Positions 1-13,669 of a DNA stretch of 64,000 bases are shown one piece after another (position 1 is the first letter of the stretch; each line of letters starts with the position of its first letter). Under the pieces are notes generated by a model. It was given only the letters and a program-made list of their open reading frames with translations. It was not told the DNA's origin and ran no database searches. The translations under genes were made by a program, and so were the position numbers. Origin of the DNA: Squalus acanthias (Eukaryota); contig CM059432.1 of the NCBI GenBank assembly GCA_030390025.1, forward strand, positions 84,570,001 to 84,634,000, written 5' to 3'.

Positions 1-3000
1 GGTATGAGGTTCTTGCTGCCTGTGTGGTTGAGGAAATAGCCTGCAGGATGGATGAGCAGTCTGACCATTGCACCATGATGCAGGAGGCCATTCAAGTGGG
101 GGCAGTGAAAGAGGAATGTAGTTGTGGTAGGGGACAGTATAGTCAGAGGGATAGATACTGTTCTATGCAACCACGACCGAGAGTTCCGAAGGTTGTGTTG
201 CCTGCCCGGTGCCAGGGTTAAAGACATCACCTCGCGGCTGGAGAAGAACTTGGAGTGGGAGGGAGAGGATCCAGTTATTGTGGTCCACGTAGGAACCAAT
301 GACATAGGTAGAACTAGGAATGAGGTTCTGCTGAGGGAGTTTGAGGAGCTATGATCCAAATTAAAAAGCAAAACCTCAAAGGTAAATAATCGCTGGATTG
401 TTACCTGAGCCACGCACAAATTGGCATAGGGACAGACAGATTAGAGGTTTAAATGCGTGGCTCAAAGAGTGGTGTGGGAGGAAGGGGTTTCAGTTCATGG
501 GGCACTGGCACCAGTACTGGGGAAAGAGGGAGCTGCTCCGTTGGGACGGGCTCCACTTAAACCAGGCTGGGACCAGTGTCCTGGTGAACCGAATAACTAG
601 GGCAGTAGACAGGGATTTAAACTAATGAAGGGGGGGTGGGAGGATTCAGGAAAGAGTAAATTTAAAAGCAGTGAGAGAAATGTCAAGGCTCTAGAGCAGA
701 GTAGAGTTTTGGGTAAAAATAAGCAGAGTGGGTCAGGAAGGGACAGAGAGAGTAACAAAGGTAATAAGGCATCAGTGACTAAGGTGACATTAGGGAAAAA
801 TAGAAATAAGTCAAAACTTAAGGCATTATATCTGAATGCGCGAAGCATTCACAACAAATAGATGAATCAATAGTGCAGATAGAAATTAACAGGTTTGATC
901 TAACAGCTATAATGGAGACATGTTTCCAAAGTGGCCAAGGTTGGGAACTAAATATTCCAGGATACTTAACTTTTAGAAGAGATAGGCAAAATGGAAAAGG
1001 AGGAGGGGTAGCCCTGATAAAAAAGGATGGGGTAAAGACAGTAGAGAGAAAGGATCTTAGCTCCAAAAATCAGGAAGTAGAATCCGTTTGGGTGGAACTA
1101 AGAAATAGCAAGGGGCAGAAAACATTGGTGGGAGTTGCTTATAGGCTCACAAATAGTAGTTGTAATGTAGGGCAGAGTATAAATCAGGAAATTGGAGGTG
1201 TATGTAACAAGGGTAATACAGTAATCATGGGGGACTTTAATCTACATATAGACTGGTCAAACCAAATTTGCAGTAATAGTATGTTGGACGAATTCATGGA
1301 ATGTATGCAAGATAGTTTTCTAGATCAGTATGTTGAAGAACTAACTGGGGAACAGGCTGTTTTAGATCTAGTATTGTGCAATGAGAAAGGGTTAATTAAT
1401 AACCTTGTAGTAAAGGGGCCTTTAGGGAAGAGTGACCATAATATGATAGAATTTTATATTGAGTTTGAAAGTGATTAAGTTAAATCCAAAACTAGGGTCT
1501 TAAATCTAAACAAAGCAAACTACGCAGGTATGAGGGGCGAGTTGGCTAAGGTAGATTGGGAAACTACATTAAAAGGTATAACAGTAGACAAGCAATGGCT
1601 AGCATTTAAAGAATTAATACATAATTTACAACAAATATACATTCCTTTAAGGCACAAAGACCCCGCAGGAAAAGTGGTCCAACCGTGGCTAACAAGAGAA
1701 GTTAAAGATAGTATTAGATCAAAGGAAGAGACTTATAATGTTGCCAAAAAGAGTAGTAAGCCTGAGGATTGGGTGGATTTTAGAATTCAGCAAAGGAGGG
1801 CCAGGAAATTGATAAAGAAAGGCAAAAATGGAATGAGAGTAAACTAGCGAGCGACATAAAAACAGACTGTAAAAGCTTCTATAGGTATGTAAAAAGGAAA
1901 AGATTAGCAAAAGTAAATGCGGGTCCCTTACAGGCTGAGACACGAGAAATTATAATGGGGAATAAGGAAATGGCAGAGAAATTAAACAAATGCTTTGTGT
2001 CTGTCTACATGGAAGAAGACGCAAAAAACTTCCTGGAAATAGTGGAGAACCAAGGGTCTAGCGAGAATGAGGAACTGAAAGAAATTAGTATTAGTAAAAA
2101 AATAGTACTGGAGAAATTAATGGGACTGAAAGCCAATAAATCCACTGGACCTGATGGCCTACATCCTAGGGTTTTGAAACAGGTGACTATAGAGATAGTG
2201 GATGCATTGGTTGTCATCTTCCAAAATTCCATAGATTCTAGAATGGTTCCCACGGATTGGAAGGTAGCAAATGTAACCCCACTATTTAAGAAAGGAGGGA
2301 GAGAGAAATTAGAGAACTACAGACCAGTTAGCCTGACGTCAGTAGTAGGGAAAATGCTAGAATCTATTATTAAGGATGTGGTAACAAGGCACTTAGAAAA
2401 TAATAATAGGATTGGGCAGAGTCAACACGAATTTATGAAAGGAAAATCATGTTTGACGAAAGTGTTAGAGTTTTTTGAGGTTGTAACCAGCAAAATAGAT
2501 AAGGGGAACCAGTGGATGTGGTATATTTGGATTTTTAGAAGGCATTCGATAAGGTGGCACACAAGAACAAAATTAGGGCTCATGGGATTGGACTGAGGAT
2601 TGGTTAACAGGCAGAAAACAGAGAGTAGGAATAAACGTGTCATTTTCAGGTTGGCAGGCTGTAACTAGTGGGGTACCGCAAGGATCAGTGCTTGGGCCTC
2701 AGCTATTCACCAGCTATATCAATGATTTGGATGAGGGGACCAAATGTAAAATATCCAAGTTTGCTGATGATACAAAGCTGGGTGGGAATGTAAGTTGTGA
2801 GGAGGATGCAAGGAGGCTTCAAGGGGATATAGAGAGCCTAAGTGAGTGGGCAAGAACATGGCAAATGGAATATAATGTGGAGAAATGTGAAGTTATCCAC
2901 TTTGGTTGGAAAAATGGAAAAGCAGAGTATTTTTTAAATGGTGAGAGCTTGGGAAATGTTGGTGTTCAGAGGGACCTGGGTGTCCTTGTACACGAATCAC

Positions 3001-3328
3001 TGAAAGTTAACATGCAGGTACAGCAAGCAATTAGGAAAGCAAATGGTATGTTAGCCTTTATTACAAGCGGATTTGAGTATAAGAGTAAAGGCATCTTACT
3101 GCAATTATATAGGGCCCTGGTGGGACAACACCTGGAGTATTGTGTACAGTTTTGGTCTCCTTACCTAAGGAAGGATATACTTGCCATAGGTGCAATGAAG
3201 GTTCACCAGACTCGTTCCTGGGATGGGGAAATTGTCCTATGAGGAGAGATTGAGTAGACTAGGCTTATATTCCCTTAATTTTAGAAGAATGAGAGATGAT
3301 CTCATTGGAACATACAAAATTCTTACAA
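1..3328 (+). mobile_element. CR1 LINE, decayed (ORF1 SGNH-esterase part, ORF2 APE endonuclease + RT); 5' end outside window, 3' tail missing
   Basis: ORF1 motifs GDSIVRG / VHVGTND / DGLHL (124-625). ORF2 fragments carry [27 protein letters not shown] and FADDTKL, with many stops and frameshifts. Ends abruptly near 3328. Confidence 0.95.
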
Positions 3329-3515
3329 AATTCATCTATCCAATTGGTCACTACTTCCCAAAAAAAATTCTATGAAATTTGTGAACCACAATTTTCACTT
3401 AACAAAAATATGCTGGCTGACCATGATTTAACCATGCATTTCTAAATGCTCACTAATTTTATCTCATTTATCGATTTTTCTCGCAACAGACATTAGAGTC
3501 CTTCGAGAAAATGAT

Positions 3516-5705
3516 GGGCTAAAAATTTGACAGCCCTAAACACCTGCCGGAGCCACCACAGGCCGTGGGTTAACGGTCGCCAAAAATGGCAGGACCAGTA
3601 AATTGGAGCTGGTGGCTAATTAACATTAGCCCAGCGCTAAACTCACTGTGCAATGCCATCCTGGTAGCATTTGTCCTGGCAGGAGGCCCCAATGTAGCGT
3701 GGCCGTAGCCCCATTGCAGCAAGAACAGCCTTCTCTTAAAGCAAGGCTGTCATTTCAGAAAGCAGTTAAGTCTCTTAAAGGGGAACTGCCTTCTGAAATG
3801 AAAAAGAAATCATGTAAAAATAGGTAGTTTTTTGCCCTTACAGCTCAACTGCCTTCTGAAAAAAAATGAACATTAATAAGAATGCCTAAATGGGAGTCTT
3901 CAGCTCTTAAAGCTGTATTCCCTTCTGCACCTAAAAAAATGGAAATGTGCTTCAGCACTAACACAAATGGCTCAGAAAGCCAGGGAAGGGGCACCCAGGG
4001 ATCACACGCAGCACTTCAGCTTTGTGCAGGGGGTCAGCATTGTAAGAGAAGTCCTCTACCCACAGGGCCAGAAGGCCCTGCAGAAAGAATGATGTGGGAC
4101 CAGATCACTGAGGCCGTCACTGCCAGCAGTATTGCCCCCACGATCTAGCTCTAGTGCCCAAAGAATTTCATGACCTCAGACCACTGGTCAAGGTCAGTGA
4201 ATGCATCTTCAAAAGCCTCTCCTGCCAATTGCACCACTAGCCTCAAACACTGCTCATTGCATGACTTCCCCCCCCCCGCCAATCACTCACCTACCAACAA
4301 TCTGTACTAAACACGAGGCACACCTTCCATTCCTAGCTTCACCTCACACCCTTGGAGGAGATGGTGCTGGCCATTCTTAGCGTGGGCATGGATGAGCCAT
4401 TGGCCAGTGGTGGGGCAGAAAAGATACAAGATGCTGGTATCCCCATACGTTATCCTGCTTCTGGCATGCACCTCTTGCTTTCCCGCCCTCCCCTCACCAC
4501 AACTGCACCCCCAAGAAATAGAGCCTGCCCAGCCAGTGGGTGACCAACAAGAGGGAGAGGAGAGAGAAGAAGAAGTAGAAGAAAAAGAAGAAGAAACACC
4601 GTCACTCGATTTCACATTCCCAGCCACCAGCTCCTCAAGGTCGACCTGCAAGGCCATTTGCAGCATCCCCCACTGAAAGTCAGCAGCCTTCCATCAGCCA
4701 GGCTGCAGCCACATGGCGTTGCGCTGCGTGACATCAGTAGGATAGGCAAAGGCACACGCAAGACAGTCACTAAGGGAATGCATAAGGGTGATGAGTTGAT
4801 TTCTTGATGTCATATTGGATGGATAGATGTATAAAGTTGGATCGGAAAGATTGCTTTGTGGTGGCTTTTATTTCAGCATTGTGATCATCAATAACAGAGG
4901 GAAGGTAAGGTGTGGGACAAATGTTGAAAGGGGAATTAGGGTTGTGGTCACTGTTACCGCAGGCGGATGATTCCATCCCGGATATCCCGGCCAGTAAGGG
5001 ACTGTTTGGGTTGCATCCTTCCTTCTGCTTCCTCCTATTCTGCTTAATCCTCTTCTGCATTTTCCTCTTCTGCATCTTCCTCTTCTGAATCTTCCTCTTC
5101 TGCATCTTCCTCTTTCCTCTGCGAACGGATGCTGTAAATCTGAAATAAAAGCATAAAATGCTGGAAATACTCAGCAGGTCAGGCAGTATCTCGACCTGAG
5201 ATGTAAACTCTGTTTCTCTCTCCACGGATGCTGCCTGGCCTGCTGAGTATTTCCAGCATTTTCTGTCTTCTCCGAGGCCTTCCTTTACCATCTGAGGCCT
5301 TGCAAGTATCCAGCAGTACTCCCTGCACACTTAAAAAACTTTAAATAAGTATTGCAGCAAGCCACTACTTCAATAAAACTTTAAAAAATCCAGTCCAAAA
5401 GCTTAAATGCAAACTTACCTGAAAGATGTGTGTGTCCCTTTAAGAAGTGCTGACAGCATCTCTGTCAGTCTGCTGAACACTTGGTTTTCAGAGCGAGCTT
5501 AGGACCCAACGCTGAACTCAGCGCTAAAATCTAAGTTCGCAGAGGTGACATTAAGTCGCCGTTGCATGCCGTCTGACATCACACTCTCTTCAATTACATC
5601 TGCAGGGCCAGCTTAGTCCCTCACCAAAATGGCATCCACCGAGTCTTGCACCAGACAAGGGCAACGGCACAAACTGGTGGCTGTAAGCAGCCCAATTTCT
5701 AGGCC
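3516..5705 (+). mobile_element. Non-autonomous PIF/Harbinger deletion derivative with decayed Myb/SANT gene and a remnant of the transposase 3' end
   Basis: Termini GGGCTAAAAATT (3516) and AATTTCTAGGCC (5705). Myb-like remnant ~3965-4195 ends in GTCAAG|GTCAGT, as in the other copies. Acidic 15-bp repeats on the minus strand at ~5040-5115 resemble the transposase poly-E tail. TSD unclear. Confidence 0.7.
5126..5266. mobile_element. Short Penelope-like terminal fragment in inverted (hairpin) configuration
   Basis: Matches the 3' end of the Penelope at 43900-44010. 36-bp inverted arms at 5155-5190 and 5227-5262. Confidence 0.7.
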
Positions 5706-5917
5706 AAGATCTCTTGTGTAATTTGATCCAGTCATTATCATCCAGGCTCCAGAGCTCACAGTGCTCACACTATTACTTTCAGAGAACATATAGGGCTCAC
5801 CCTCCCAGGTTAGGAGCACTCACAGCACTCACACTGCTGAGTTCAGATAGGAAGGGGTGAGGCCATGGAGGGATTTTAACATGAGGATGAGAATTTTAAA
5901 ATCAAGGTGTTGGTACA

Positions 5918-6064
5918 CAATGTTCCCCCTAATTGTTTTTGGTTAAGCGGTCCCTTTTACGGGTTGTGCAGCCCATTCAAAATTTCACGAACGCACAAAA
6001 TCTCCCGTTCAAATGCTGGTAAGTGGCCTGCGTGGAACCTCCAGACAGCTGCGTGGGAACGTTG
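5918..6064. mobile_element. Possible small MITE (hAT-like termini)
   Basis: Termini CAATGTTCCC ... GGGAACGTTG (10-bp TIR, 1 mismatch). No clear TSD. Confidence 0.35.
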
Positions 6065-6373
6065 CTAGTGGACCAAGAGCCAATGTAGGTCAACGAGCAC
6101 AGGGGTGATGGGTGAATGGGACTTGCTGCGTGTTGGGATACGTGCAACAGAGTTTTGGATGAGCTCACGTTTATTGAGGATGGAAGATGGGAGGCTGACC
6201 GGGAGAACATTGGAATAGTCGAGTCCAGCAAATAACACATAAATGGTAGAACCAACACAGAATACGCTCTCATTTTAAAAATTCAGTTAGTTGTTGCCCA
6301 TCCCTAGTTGCTCTTGAGAGGGTAATTGTGAGCTGCCTTTTTGAACCACTGCAGTCTGAGGCGGGTGGGAGAG

Positions 6374-9300
6374 GAAACATAGAAACATAGAAGATAGGAG
6401 CAGGAGTAGGCCATTCGGCCCCTCGAACCTTCTCCGCCATTCGATGAGATCATGGCTGATCATCCAAACTCAGTACCCTGTACCTGCCTTCTCCCCATAT
6501 CCCTTGATACCTTTAGCTTTAAGAAATATATCTAACTCATTCTTGAATATATTTAATGACTTGGCCTCAACTACCTTCTGTGGTAGAGAATTCCACAGGT
6601 TCACCACTCTCAGGGTGAAGAAATTCTTCCTCATTTCTGTCCTAAATGGCTTACCCCTTATCTTTAGATTATGACCCCTGGTTCTGGACTCTCCGACCAT
6701 CGGGAACATTCTTCCTGCATCTAGTTTGTCCAGACCTGTCAGAATTTTATATGTTTCGATGAGATCCCCTCTCATTCTTCTATACTCCAGCGGGTATAAG
6801 CCCAATCGACCCAATCTCTCCTCATATGTCATTCCTGCCATCCCAGGTATCAGCCTTGTGAATCTTCGCTGAACTCCTTCCATAGCAAGAACATCCTTCC
6901 TCAGATAAGGCGACCAAAACCGCACACAGTACTCAAGGTGTGGTCTCACCAAGGCCCTGTACAACTGTAGCAGAACATCCCTGTTCCTATACTCAAACCC
7001 TTTCGCTATGAAGGCCAACATACCATTTGCCTTCTTCACCGCCTGCTGCACCTGCATGCTTACCTTCAGCGACTGGTGCACAAGGACACCCAGGTCTCGT
7101 TGCACTTCCCCTTCTCCCAATCTATTGCCATTCAGATAATAGTCTGCCTTTCTGTTTTTGACACCAAAGTGGATAACCTCGCATTTATCCACGTTATATT
7201 GCATCTGCCACACTTCTGCCCACTCACCCAACCTGTCCAAATCATCTTGGAGTTTCTCAGTATTCTCCTCGGAGCACACACGCCCACCCAGCTTTGTGTC
7301 ATCTGAAAACTTGGAGATATTACATTTAGTTCCCTTATCTAGATCATTAATGTATATTGTGAATAGCTGGGGTCCAAGGACCGATCCCTGCGGTACCCCA
7401 CTAGTCACTGCCTGCCACTTGGAAAAAGACCCATGAATTCCTACTCTCTGCTTTCTGTCCGCCAACCAGTTCTCTATCCAAGTCAATACCTTGCCCCCAA
7501 TCCCATGTGCCTTAACTTTACACGCTAATCTCTTATGCGGGACCTTATCAAAAGCCTTCTGAAAGTCCAAATACACCACATCTACTGGTTCTCCCTTATC
7601 TATTTTCCCAGTTACATCCTCAAAAAATTCCAGTAGATTAGTCAAGCACAATTTACCTTTTGTAAATCCATGTTGACTTTGTCCAATCCTGTCACTGTTT
7701 TTCAAGTGCTCAGCTATTACATCCTTTATAATGGACTCTAGCATTTTCCCCACTACCGATGTCAGGCTTACCAGTCTGTAATTCCCGCTTTCTCTCTACC
7801 ACCCTTTTTGAATAGTGGGGTAACATTAGCTACCCTCCAATCCATGGGTACAGTTCCAGATTCCATCAAATGTTGGAAGATGATCAGCAATGCATCTACT
7901 ATTTCCAGGGCCACTTCCTTAAGTACCCTAGGATGTAGATTATCAGGCCCTGGGGATTTATCGGCCTTCAATCCCGTCAATTTACCTAACACCATTTCCC
8001 TGCAAATACTGATTTCTTTCAGTTCCTCCCTTTCATCAGACCGTATGTTCTCCAACATCTCTGGGAGGTTATTTGTCTCCTCCTTTGTGAAGACAGAACC
8101 AAAGTATGTATTTAATTGGTCTGCCATTTCTTTGTTCCCCATTATAACTTCCCCCGCTTCTGACTGCAAGGGACCTACACTTGATTTCACTAATCTTTTT
8201 CTCTTCACATATCTATAAAAGCTCTTACAGTCAGTTTTTATGTTCCCTGAAAGCTTACTTTCATATTCTATTTTCCCCTTCTTAATTAATCCCTTTGTCC
8301 TCCTTTGTTGAATCCTAAACTGCTCCCAATCCTCAGGGTTACCGCTTTTTCTGGCCAATCTCTCCTTGGATCTTATGCTATCCCTAATTTCGCTTGTTAG
8401 CCACGGTTGAGTCGCCCTTTTTGTTTTATTCTTATGCCACACTGGGATGAACAAATTCTGTAGTTCATCCATGCAGTCTTTGAATGTTTGCCATTGCCTA
8501 TCCACCGTCAACCCTTTGAGTGACATTCCCCAATCAATCCTACCCAATTCGTGCCTCATACCATCGTAGTTTCCTTTATTTAAATTCAGGACCCTAGTCT
8601 CTGATTCAACTACTTCACTCTCCATCCTAATGAAGAATTCTATCATATTATGATCATTCTGACCCAAGGGGCCTCGTACAACAAGATTGCTAATTAATCC
8701 TTTCTCGTTGCATAATACCCAGTCTAAGATGGCCTGATCTCTGGTTGGTTCCTCGACATATTGTTCCAAAAAACCATCCCGTAAACATTCTAGGAATTCC
8801 TCCTCCACAGTATTTTTTACTAATTTGGTTAGCCCAATCTATATGTAAATTAAAGTCACCCATGATGACTGCTGTGCCCTTACTGCATGCTTCTCTAATT
8901 TCCCTTTTAATGCCGTCCCCAACCTCCGTATTACTGTTTGGATGTCTATATACCACTCCCACTAACATTTTCTGCCCCTTGTTATTTCTCAGTTCTACCC
9001 ATACAGATTCCGCATCATCAGAGCTAATATCCTTCCTTTCAATTGTGTTAATCCCCTCTTTAACCAGCAATGCTACCCCACCCCCCTTTCTTTTTTGCCT
9101 ATCTTTCCTAAATATTGAATACCCCTGGATGTTGAGTTCCCAGCCTTGGCCACCCCGGAGACATGTTTCTGTAATCCCAATCAAATCGTATTCATTTACC
9201 TCTATTTGCGCAGCTAATTCATCCACCTTGTTCCGAATACTCCTTGCATTAAGACACAAAGCCTTCAGGCTTGGTTTTTTAACGCTTTCAGACCTATATG

Positions 9301-10910
9301 AATTATTATTTACTGTGACCATGTTTGATTTAAACTGTTGAGCTCTTTGCCTTCTACTTTAGTTTTTCTCCTTCCTGTCTTTTGCTTTTATCCTTGTTTC
9401 CCTTTCCTCTGTCTCCCTGCTCAGGTTCCCAACCCCCTGCTACTTTAGTTTAAACCCTCCCCAACAGCACTAGCAAACACTCCCCCTAGGACATCGGTCC
9501 CGGCCCTGCCCAGGTGCAGACCGTCCCATTTGTACTGGTCCCACCTCCCCCAGAACCGGTTCCAATGTCCAAGGAATTTGAATCCCTCCCCCTTGCACCA
9601 TTCCTCTAGCCACGTATTCATTTGAAATATCCTCCTATTTCTACTCTGACTAGCATGTGGCACTGGTAGCAATCCTGAGATTACTACCTTTGAGGTCCTA
9701 TTTTTTAATTTACCTCCTAACTCCCTATATTCTGCTTTTAGGACCTCATCCTGTTTTTTACCTATATCGTTGATGCCTATGTGCACCACGACAACTGGCT
9801 GTTCGCCCTCCCCCTCCAAAATGTTCTGTAGCCGCTCCGAGACGTCCTTGACCCTTGCACCATGGAGGCAACACACCATCCTGGAGTCTTGTTTGCGGCC
9901 GCAGAAACACCTATCTATTCCCCTTACAATTGAGTCCCCTATCACTATAGCTCTTCCACACTTTTTCCTCCCAGCCTGTGCAGCAGAGCCACCCATGGTG
10001 CCAGGAAGTTGGCTGCTGCTGCCTTCCCCTGATAAGTCATCCCCCCAACAGTATCCAAAGTGGTATATCTATTTGAGAGGGGGATGGCCACAGGGGACCC
10101 CTGCACTACCTGCCTGCACCTCTTACTCTGCCTGGTGGTCACCCATTCACTTCCTGCCTGTACACCCTTTGCCTGCGCTGTGACCAACTCGCTAAACGTG
10201 CTATCCACGACGTTCTCAGCGTCGCGAATGCTCCAATATGCATCCATCTGCAGCTCCAGCGCCGCAATGCGGTCTATCAGTAGCTGCAGCTGGATACACT
10301 TCCCACACACATGGTCGTCAGGGACACAGGAAGCGTCCCTGATTTCCCACATATAGCAGGAGGAGCATATCACGGGGTGGAGCTCTCCTGCCATGACTTA
10401 CCCTTTAATTAATTAATTAAAATTAAATTAAATGACTCCCACCAATTTCACTTCAATTAAATGATATACTCAAGGGCCCTTTCCCGACACTGGCCTCTGT
10501 AAAAAGCCCACGAAAGTGAGTTTAACTACTCACAGTGCTGCTGCTCTCTCCGCTCCTGACACTGGCCTCTGCAAAAAAGCCCGCGAAAGTGAGTTTAACT
10601 ACTCACAGTGCTGCTGCTCTCTCCGCTCCCGACACTGGCCCCTATAAAAAAGCCCGTGAAATAAACTTAAAAACTTAACAAAAACACTCACCTGCAACTC
10701 ACCAATGAGCGCTCTCCCTCTAGTAATGGGCTATGAACTACTCAGCAGAAATACACTTAAAACTGAACAAAAAACTTTACAAAAAATACCCACCAGCTAC
10801 TCACCAATCAGCTCCCCTCTGACCACCTCACTTCTGAATTCTGACGTCACTCCTGTGCTGAGTTCCTCTCGCTGACTCTGTGCCTCTCACAGGTCCGCCG
10901 CTCAGCTCCG
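6374..10910 (-). mobile_element. Near full-length CR1 LINE (ORF1 zinc finger + esterase; ORF2 EN-RT) with a few frameshifts
   Basis: (CTATGTTT)n 3' tail at 6374-6392. ORF2 in three large pieces (9322-8690, 8808-7768, 7753-6470). ORF1 starts at 10394 with CxxC...CxxC, followed by GDSIVRG/DGLHL. Confidence 0.97.
10483..10660. repeat. ~72-bp tandem repeat (about 2.5 copies) in the CR1 5' UTR
   Basis: Unit starts CCYGACACTGGCC at 10483, 10555 and 10628. Confidence 0.85.
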
Positions 10911-11359
10911 GTCAGGAGAGGGAGAATGTGGCGCAGGTGCAGAGGGGGTGGGGGTGGAAGAACGTGATCCAGGCCTAACAGAGGGCTGGAGAACGTGATC
11001 TATCTTCCTGTATAGATCACATTCTTGCTTTCATCCCCCTGCTCCTTTAGACCTGGATCACGTTCTTACCCCTCCCCACTGTTCTCACCGTGCTCCAACC
11101 CCGCAACAAGTTCTGGACCTTCTCTACCCAGGTTTCTGACCTGCCCCCCGCCACCCCACCCCGAGCTCCTGACCTTCTACCCCCGAGTTATTGACCTTCT
11201 CCACCCCCAAGTTCCTGACCTTCTTTCCCCCGAGTTCCTGATGCGCGCCTGTCTCCCCTCTCCAAGCTCCTCTCTCCCAATCAGAGCTCCTTCCCCTGCG
11301 AGCTACTCTCTCCCCCTTTGAGCTCCTCTCACCTCACTTTGAACTCCTTTCTGAGCTCC

Positions 11360-11650
11360 TCTCCTTTCGATCCCCCCTCGATCCCCTCCCCTCCTCCCCT
11401 CCCCCCTTCAATCCCCTCTCCTCTCCCCCTTCAATCCCCTCTCCTCCCCACTTTGATCCACTCACCTCTCTCTCTCCGCTCAATTCTTTCTCCTCCCGCC
11501 TCGATCCCCTCTCCGCCTTTATGATCCCCTCTCCTCTCGCCCCCCCCCACTTTGATCTCCTCGCCTCTCCCCACTTCGACCCCCTCTCCTCTCTTCCCCT
11601 TCGATCCCCTGTCCTCTTTCCCCCGCTCTCCCCGCTATCCAATCCCCTGA
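11360..11650. repeat. C/T-rich low-complexity degenerate repeat (TCGATCCCCTCTCCTCTCCCC-like)
   Basis: Direct reading of the sequence. Confidence 0.7.
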
Positions 11651-11792
11651 CCTTTTCTGCAGGGAGCTAAGGAAAGCTGCAGCAGTTGCACCGTTTGGTA
11701 CTGCGCATGCGCGACCGGATCGAGTGCGCATACACAGTACCAAATGGGGGCACATGCGCAGAGGGACCAGAACACCGTGGAAATAATCACAG

Positions 11793-13385
11793 TGGATAGT
11801 TACTAATAAATCCAATAGGGAATTCAGGAGAAACTTCTTTACCCAGAGAGTGGTTAGAATGAGGAACTCGCTGCCACAAGGAGTAGTTGAGGCGACTAGA
11901 TTAGATGCATTTATGGGGAAGCTAGAATCATAGAATCATAGAAAGTTACAGCACGGAAGGAAGTCATTTTGGCCCATCGTGTCTGCACCAGCCAACAAAG
12001 AGCTATCCAGCCTAATTACACTTCCCAGCTCTTGGTCCGTAGCCCTGCAGGTTAGAGCATCCCAAGTGCACACTTTTTAAATGTGGTAGGGTTCCTGCCT
12101 CTCCCACCCTTTCAGGCAGTGAGTTCCAGACCCCCACAACCCTCTGGGTGAAGAAATTTCCCCTCAAATCCCCTCTAAACCTTCCCCCAATTACTTTAAA
12201 TCTGTGCCCCCTGGTTTTTGACCCCTCTGCTAAGGGAAATAGGTCCTTTCTATCCACTTTATCTATGCCCTTCATAATTTTACACACCTCAATAAGGTCT
12301 CCCCTCAGCCTCCTCTGTTCCAAGGAAAACAGACCCAGCCTTTCCAGTCTTTCCTCATAGCTACGATTCTCTACTCCCAGCAACATCCTTGTAAATCTCC
12401 TCTGTACCCTCTCTAGTGCAATCACATCTTTCCTGTACTATGGTGACCAGAACTGCACGCAGTACTCTAGCTGAGGCCTAACTAGTGTTTTATACAGTTG
12501 AAGCATAACCCCCCTGCTCTTGTATTCTATGCCACGGCTAATAAAGGCAAGCATTCCGTATGCCTTCTTAACCACCTTATCTACTTGGCCTGCTACCTTC
12601 AGGGATCTGTGGACATGCACTCCAAGGTCCCTTTGTTCCTCTACACTACTCAGTGTCCTACCATTTAATGTGTATTCCCTTTCCTTGTTAGCCCTCCCCA
12701 AATGCATTACCTCACACTTCTCCGGATTGAATTCCATTTGCCACTGTTCTGCCCACCTGACCAATTTATTGCTATCTTCCTGCAGTCTACAGCTTCCTTC
12801 TTCAGTATCAACCACACAATCGATTTAGTATCATCTGCAAACTTCTTAATCATACCCCCTGTATTCAAGTAAAGATCGTTGATATCTACCACAAAAAGCA
12901 AGGGACCTAGTACTGAGCCCTGCGGAACCCCACTGGAAACAGCCTTCCAGTCACAAAAACACCCATCAACCATTACCCTCTGCTTCCTGTCTCCGAGCCA
13001 GTTTTGAATCCAACTTGACACTTTGCCCTGGATCCCATGGGCTTTTAACTTCGTGACCAGTCTGCCATGTGGAACCTTATCAAAGGCCTTGCTAAAGTCC
13101 ATATACACTACATCAAATGCACTACCCTCATCTACCCTCCTTGTTACCTCCTCAAAAAATTCAATCAAGTTTGTCAGACACGACTTTCCCTTAACAAATC
13201 CGTGCTGACTATCCTTGATTAATCCATGTCTTTCTAAATGATAAACACATCAGGGGGAAAGGAATAGAAGGATATGTTGATGGGGTTAGATGAAGAGGGT
13301 GGGAGCAGGCTCGTGTGGAGCATAAACAGGGACTTGGACCTGTTGGGCTTAATGGTCTGTTTCTGTGCTGTAAATACTACGTAAC
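11793..13385 (+). mobile_element. CR1 3' fragment, split by the opposite-strand CR1 at 11926-13240
   Basis: RRNFFTQRVVRM-like sequence at 11820-11925. Resumes at ~13241 (TAAACAC...GGAATAGAAGGATATG) and runs to the 3' UTR. Confidence 0.8.
11926..13240 (-). mobile_element. 5'-truncated CR1 LINE
   Basis: (CTATGATT)n tail at 11926-11942. RT fragments [27 protein letters not shown]. Confidence 0.95.
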
Positions 13386-13669
13386 TTGCCTTCTCACATC
13401 CCAAAGCACTTTACTACCAATGGATTACTTTACAAATGCTCCAATTGTGCTTAAATCCTCTGCCACTGGGAGGCTCCACTGCAGGAGTTGTGACACGCTC
13501 CAAAATAGTATAACAGTATAAACATCAAATAATTTTTAAAAATTCAAATTTGGTGTCTATGCATATGCAATTGATCGCTTTGTGATTGATTGTATATCCT
13601 TTAGGGACATTTAAATTTTAAATGGCCTCTGAGCCACCCATAGCAAATCTGAATGCCAGTGATGAACCG

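Noticed and set aside
4770..5330. 186-aa Lys/Arg-rich ORF
   Set aside because: Off-frame reading of acidic transposase-tail repeats plus a Penelope fragment.
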